This document shows positions 59,433 to 64,000 of a stretch of 64,000 nt of DNA, piece by piece. The stretch is taken from the NCBI RefSeq assembly GCF_964213995.1, contig NC_135816.1, forward strand, positions 38,192,001 to 38,256,000, given 5' to 3'. The position numbers and the translations under genes were made by a program. A model generated the notes under the pieces. That model saw only the letters and a list, made by a program, of their open reading frames with translations. It was not told the origin of the DNA and ran no database searches. The stretch's first letter is position 1; each line of letters begins with the position of its first letter. The DNA comes from Mustelus asterias (lineage: Eukaryota).

Positions 59433-60741
59433 TGTAAGGTTTGAATAAAACCCTTCTAATTGAAAAATACTCGAGGTCTGACTAGGATCCTCAGTTAGAA
59501 TCATAGAAACCCTACAGTGCAGGAGGAGGCCATTCGGCCCATCGAGTCTGCACCGACCACAATCCCACCCAGGCCCTACCCCCACATATTTACCCGCTAA
59601 TCCCGCTAACCTACACATCCCAGGACACTAAGGGGCAATTTTTAACCGGGCCAATCAACCTAACCCGCACATCTTTGGACTGTGGGAGGAAACCGGAGCA
59701 CCCGGGGGAAACCCATACAGACACGAGGAGAATGTGCAAACTCCACACAGACAGTGACCCGAACCGGGAATCGAACCCGGGACCCCGGAGCTGTGAAGCA
59801 GCAGTGCTAACCACTGTGCTACCGTGCCGCCGAGTTGTGCTTGACCTATAAGGTATGAATAACTAGTATTTATGAATCAAGCAGAATTTATAAAGCAATA
59901 TTTTACATAGATTTAACAAAGAAAAAGTGAAGACAACATATAAGTCTCTCAAGATCCCTGAAATTCTTGGTGTTGTCAGCACAACTGGTGTCTCTCTTTT
60001 TCTTTCAGGTGATATTGAACTGTGTCCAAAAGAGTCGTACCCCAGGAGCCATGGTATCACTGTGCTAACAAAGACACAAATTTTTCAATTTTCATACATT
60101 AGTCTCTCATTATTCAGCAATTCCCTTTTTTGTAGATGGTCCAAATTCGCCCCTCCTTTTGGCTATAGGGTGCAAATCATCCCGTGTCACCCCACCTTTG
60201 GAACCTCTGCTTTTTGGATTGTAAACTGAAACATAGCATTATACCGTTCAGACCACAGACATTTACATTCCATTACAAACAAATGTATATTTCCTTCCAG
60301 ACACACACAAGCTGTAAATAAAGTCACATTCTCATGTCAGCATATTTAACCCACACTAAAGCTGTAAAAATCAACAGATAAGGCCACTTCCTATCATAAT
60401 ATCAGAGAGTAGGTACAGATCAATTAAAGCAATACATGATTTGTTTAAACATAAGGTATCGTCCTAAGTTCACAATGTTTTTAGCCATTCCTTGAAACTG
60501 AATTTAAAAAAACACCTAATTGTATTGAGGGCTGTTAAGACACATACTGCTACTTCAGCTCAAGGCTCAAAAGGAACTCAGTCATAAAACAATTTGGTTT
60601 CTTCACAAACACAAGCCCTCCTGTAAAGCATTCCAACTAGCAGAAATTCAAACTGATTTATTTAATTTAAACTATGATTACAGAATAAAATCCATAGATA
60701 TAACAGATTCTAAAAATTAGTAGAATTATCAAAATCTTACA
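59433..60741. mobile_element. Probable solo LTR (~970 bp without the nested SINE)
   Basis: Termini TGTAAGGTTTGAATAA ... TTATCAAAATCTTACA (imperfect inverted); 4-bp TSD-like AGGA/AGTA; no ORF. Confidence 0.65.
59495..59831 (-). mobile_element. HE1-like SINE (young, CpG-intact)
   Basis: Minus strand GGCGGCACGGTAGCACAGTGGTTAGCACTG (A box) ... GGGTTCGATTCCC (B box). Confidence 0.9.
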
Positions 60742-60792
60742 AGTAGGTGAGTTACTTGCCACAGGATTCCTAGCCTCTGATCTGCTCTTGTA

Positions 60793-61851
60793 AGAAGTCT
60801 CACAACACCAGGTTAAAGTCCAACAGATTTATTTGGTAGCACAAGCCACTAGCTTTCGGAACGCTGCCCCTTCATCAGGTAAGTGGGAGTCCTGTTCACA
60901 AACAGGGCATATAAAGACACAAACTCAATTTACAAAATAATGGTTGGAATGCGAGTCTTTACAGATAATCAAGTCTCAAAGGTACATACAATGTGAGTGG
61001 AGAGATGGTTAAGCACAGGTTAAAGAGATATATATTGTTTCCAGCCAGGACAGTTAGTGAGATTTTGCAAGCCCAGGCAAGTCATGGGGGTTACAGATAG
61101 TGTGACATGAACCCAAGATCCTGGTTGAGGCCGTCCTTATGTGTGCGGAACTTGGCTATCAGTCTCTGCTCAGCGACTCTGCGTGTGTTGTGAAGGCCGC
61201 CTTGGAGAACGCTTACCCGAAGATCAGAGGCCGAATGCCCGTGACCACTGAAGTGTTCCCCAACAGGAAGAGAACACTCTTGCCTGGTGATTGTCGAGCG
61301 GTTTTCATTCATCTGTTGTCGTAGCGTCTGCATGGTCTCCTTTCCTGCAGCGTATCAGGTGGACAACGTTGGCCGAGTTGCAAATGTATGTACTGTGTTC
61401 CTGGTGGATGGTGTTCTCACATGAGATGGTGGCATCCATGTCGATGATCCGGCACATCTCGCAGAGGTTGCTGTGGCAGGATTGTGTGGTATCGTGGTCA
61501 CTGTTCTCCTGAAGGCTGGGTAGTTTGCTGTGGACAATGGTCTGTTTGAGGTTGTGCAGTTGTTTGAAGGCAAGAAGTGGGGGTGTGGGGATGGCCTTAG
61601 CGAGATGTTCGTCTTCATCAATGACATGTTGAAAGCTCCAGAGAAGATGTTGTAGCTTCTCCACTCCGGGGAAGTACTGGACGACGAAGGGTACTCTGTC
61701 AGCCGTGTCCCATGTTTGTCTTCTGAGGAGGTCGGTGCGGTTTTCGCTGTGGTGTGTCGGAACTGTCGATCGATGAGTCGAGTGCCATATCCTGTTCTTA
61801 TGAGGGCATCTTTCAGCGTCTGGAGGTGTCTGTTGCGATCCTCCTCATCTG
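60793..61851 (-). mobile_element. Penelope-like element 3' part, family A
   Basis: Inverted copy of 35094-36046; 9-bp flanking repeat GCTCTTGTA (60784-60792 / 61852-61860). Confidence 0.9.
60846..60886 (-). ncRNA. Minimal hammerhead ribozyme motif in the Penelope terminus
   Basis: Minus: CCACTTAC-CTGATGA-A-GGGGC agc GTTCC-GAAA-GC-TA-GTGG. Confidence 0.65.
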
Positions 61852-62528
61852 GCTCTTGTAGCCAGAGTACTTATCTGGTTAGCCCAGTTAAGTTTCTGGT
61901 CAATGGTAACCCCAGAATGATGACATTGGGGTATTCAGCGATGGTAATATTATTGAATGTCCAGGGGCAATGATTAGATTCTCTCCTATTGGAGATGGTC
62001 ATTGTCCACCATTTTTCAGCCCAAGCCTGGATATTGTCAAGGTCTTTCTGTATTTGGACATGGACTGCTTCAGTATCTGAGGAATTGCAAATAGTGCAAA
62101 ACATTGTGCTCTCAACAGGGACATCTTCACTCTAACCTTATGATGGAAGGAAGGTCATTTATGAAGCAGCTGAAGATGGTTGGGCCTAGGACGCTACCCT
62201 GAAGGACTACTGCAGTGACATCCTGGGTAGACCTGTTTGGTCTCCAACAACCACAACTACGTTCCTTTGTGCTGGGCATGACTTCAACTATTGGAGAGTT
62301 TGTCTCAATTCCAATTCACTTCAATTTTACTCTAGCTCCTTGATGCCACACTCTGTTAAATGCTACCTTGAATTTAAGGGCAATAACGCTTGCTTCACCT
62401 CTGGAATTCAGCGCTTTGTCAATTTTTGGACCAAGAAGTCTGGGGCTGAATGGTCATGGTACAACCCAAACTTGGTATAATAATAAAACCAAAGTACTGT
62501 GGATGCTTGAAATCTGAAATAAAAACAG

Positions 62529-63930
62529 GGGTATACGCAGACATCTTCAACCTCTTTACACCAATCTGAGGTCCCTACCTGCTTAAAGAAGATGGCCATC
62601 ATCCCGGTACCAAAGAAAAGCCAGGCGTCGTGCCTTAATGACTATTGTCCGGTGACTCTGACATCTATCATGAAGTGTTTCGAAAGGTTAGTCATGACGC
62701 AAATCAATTCCGGTCTCCCAGATTGCCTGTTCGACTATTGCTGCAACAGTTCCACAGCAGACTCCATCTCCCTGGCCCTACACTCAACCCTGGAACACCT
62801 AGATAACAAAGACACCTATGTCAGACTCCTATTCATTGACTACAGCTCAGCCTTTAACACCATTATTCCTACAAAACCCATCTCCAAACTCTGTGGCCTG
62901 GGGCTCGACTCCTCCCTCTTTGACTGAATCCTAGACTTCCTAACCCATAGACTGCAATCAGTTAGAATAGGCAACAACACCTCCTCCACAATCACCCTCA
63001 ACACTGGTGTCCTCAGCCCCTTACTATACTCCTTATATACCTATGACTGTGTGGCCAAATTCCCCCCCAACTCGATTTTCAAGTTTGCAGATGACACCAC
63101 CGTAGTGGGTCAGATCTCAAACAATGGTGGGATGGAGTACAGGAAAGCAATAAAGAATCTGGTGAACTGGTGCGACGACAATAATCTCTCCCCCTCAATG
63201 TCAACAAAATGAAGGAGATAGTCATTGACTTCAGGAAGTGTAGAGGAGGACATGCCCCTGTCTACATTAATGGGGACAAAGTAGAAATGGTTGAGAGCTT
63301 CAGGATTTTAGGTGTCCAGATCACCAACAACCTGTCCTAGTCCCTCCATGCTGATGCTATAGTTCAGAAAACCCACCCAACACCTCTATTTTCTCAGGAG
63401 GCTAAGGAAATTTGGCATGTCCGCTACGACTCTCACCAACCTTTACAGATGCACCATAGAAAACATTCTTTCTGGTTGTATCACAGCTTAGTATAGCTCC
63501 TGCTCTGTCCAGGAGCACAAACTGCAAAGGGTCATGAATGAAGCCCAGTCCATCACTCAAACCAGCCTCCCATCCACTGGCACTGTCCACACTTCCAGCT
63601 GCCTCAGAAAAGCAGCCAGCATAATCATGGACCCATGCAACCTGATATACTCTCTTCCACCTTCTTCCGTCGGGAAAAAGATACAAAAGTCTGAGGACAC
63701 GTACCAACCAACTCAAGAACAGCTTCTTCCCCGCTGCCATCAAACTTTAGAATGAACCTACCACGCATTAAGTTGATCTTTCTCTACACCCGAGCTATGT
63801 CTGTAACACTACATTCTGCACTCGCTCCTTTCCTTCTCCATGTACGTTACGCTTTGTCTGTAGAGTATGCAAGAAACAATACTTTTCACTGTGTATCCCA
63901 ACATGTGACAATAATAAATCAATCAAATCA
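62529..63930 (+). mobile_element. Rex1/Babar-clade LINE, 5'-truncated
   Basis: [54 protein letters not shown]; ends AATAAATCAATCAAATCA. Confidence 0.85.
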
Positions 63931-64000
63931 GAAAATGCTGGATAATTCAGCATAGCATGTCTGGCAACATCTGTGGAGAGAGAAGCACAGTTAATGTTTC

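Larger units (their letters stand above)
58900..62480 (-). mobile_element. CR1-type LINE split into three pieces (58900-59432, 60746-60792, 61861-62480) by two insertions
   Basis: Pieces rejoin across TSDs; ORF 61871..62104 QIQKDLDNIQAWAEKW. Confidence 0.75.

Noticed and set aside
59750-59831. tRNA gene-like A/B boxes
   Set aside because: Head of an HE1-like SINE continuing into the SINE body; not a tRNA cloverleaf gene
1-64000. CRISPR arrays, rRNA, prokaryotic operons
   Set aside because: The sequence is vertebrate (spliceosomal introns, SINEs and LINEs); no regularly spaced repeat-spacer array was seen

Overview
This is eukaryotic, repeat-rich vertebrate DNA. The repeat set (HE1-like V-SINEs, DeuSINE/SacSINE1-like SINEs, CR1, RTE, Rex/Babar, Penelope) points to a cartilaginous fish, probably a shark. 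The only host gene I can support is a complete six-exon wnt8a on the minus strand (ATG 46521 to TGA 43582, 355 aa, TATA box ~46583-46590). It sits in a ~10 kb CpG-retaining, TE-poor domain. The most striking element is a young, near-intact Ty3/Gypsy LTR retrotransposon (11850-16612, minus strand, 329-bp LTRs with 3 differences, 5-bp TSD GCGGG) nested in a MITE inside an older Gypsy relic. It has no tRNA primer-binding site: the PBS position is a perfect 14-nt complement of its own LTR poly(A)-signal region, suggesting self-priming, and its RT has YLDN instead of YxDD. Other notable items are minimal hammerhead-ribozyme motifs in Penelope termini, a U2 snRNA-like element at ~39.1-39.3 kb, an apparently twin-primed (5'-inverted) RTE LINE, a templated 660-bp local duplication, and several multi-level nested insertions with readable TSDs. 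All family assignments were made by eye and from memory of consensus motifs; no searches were run.
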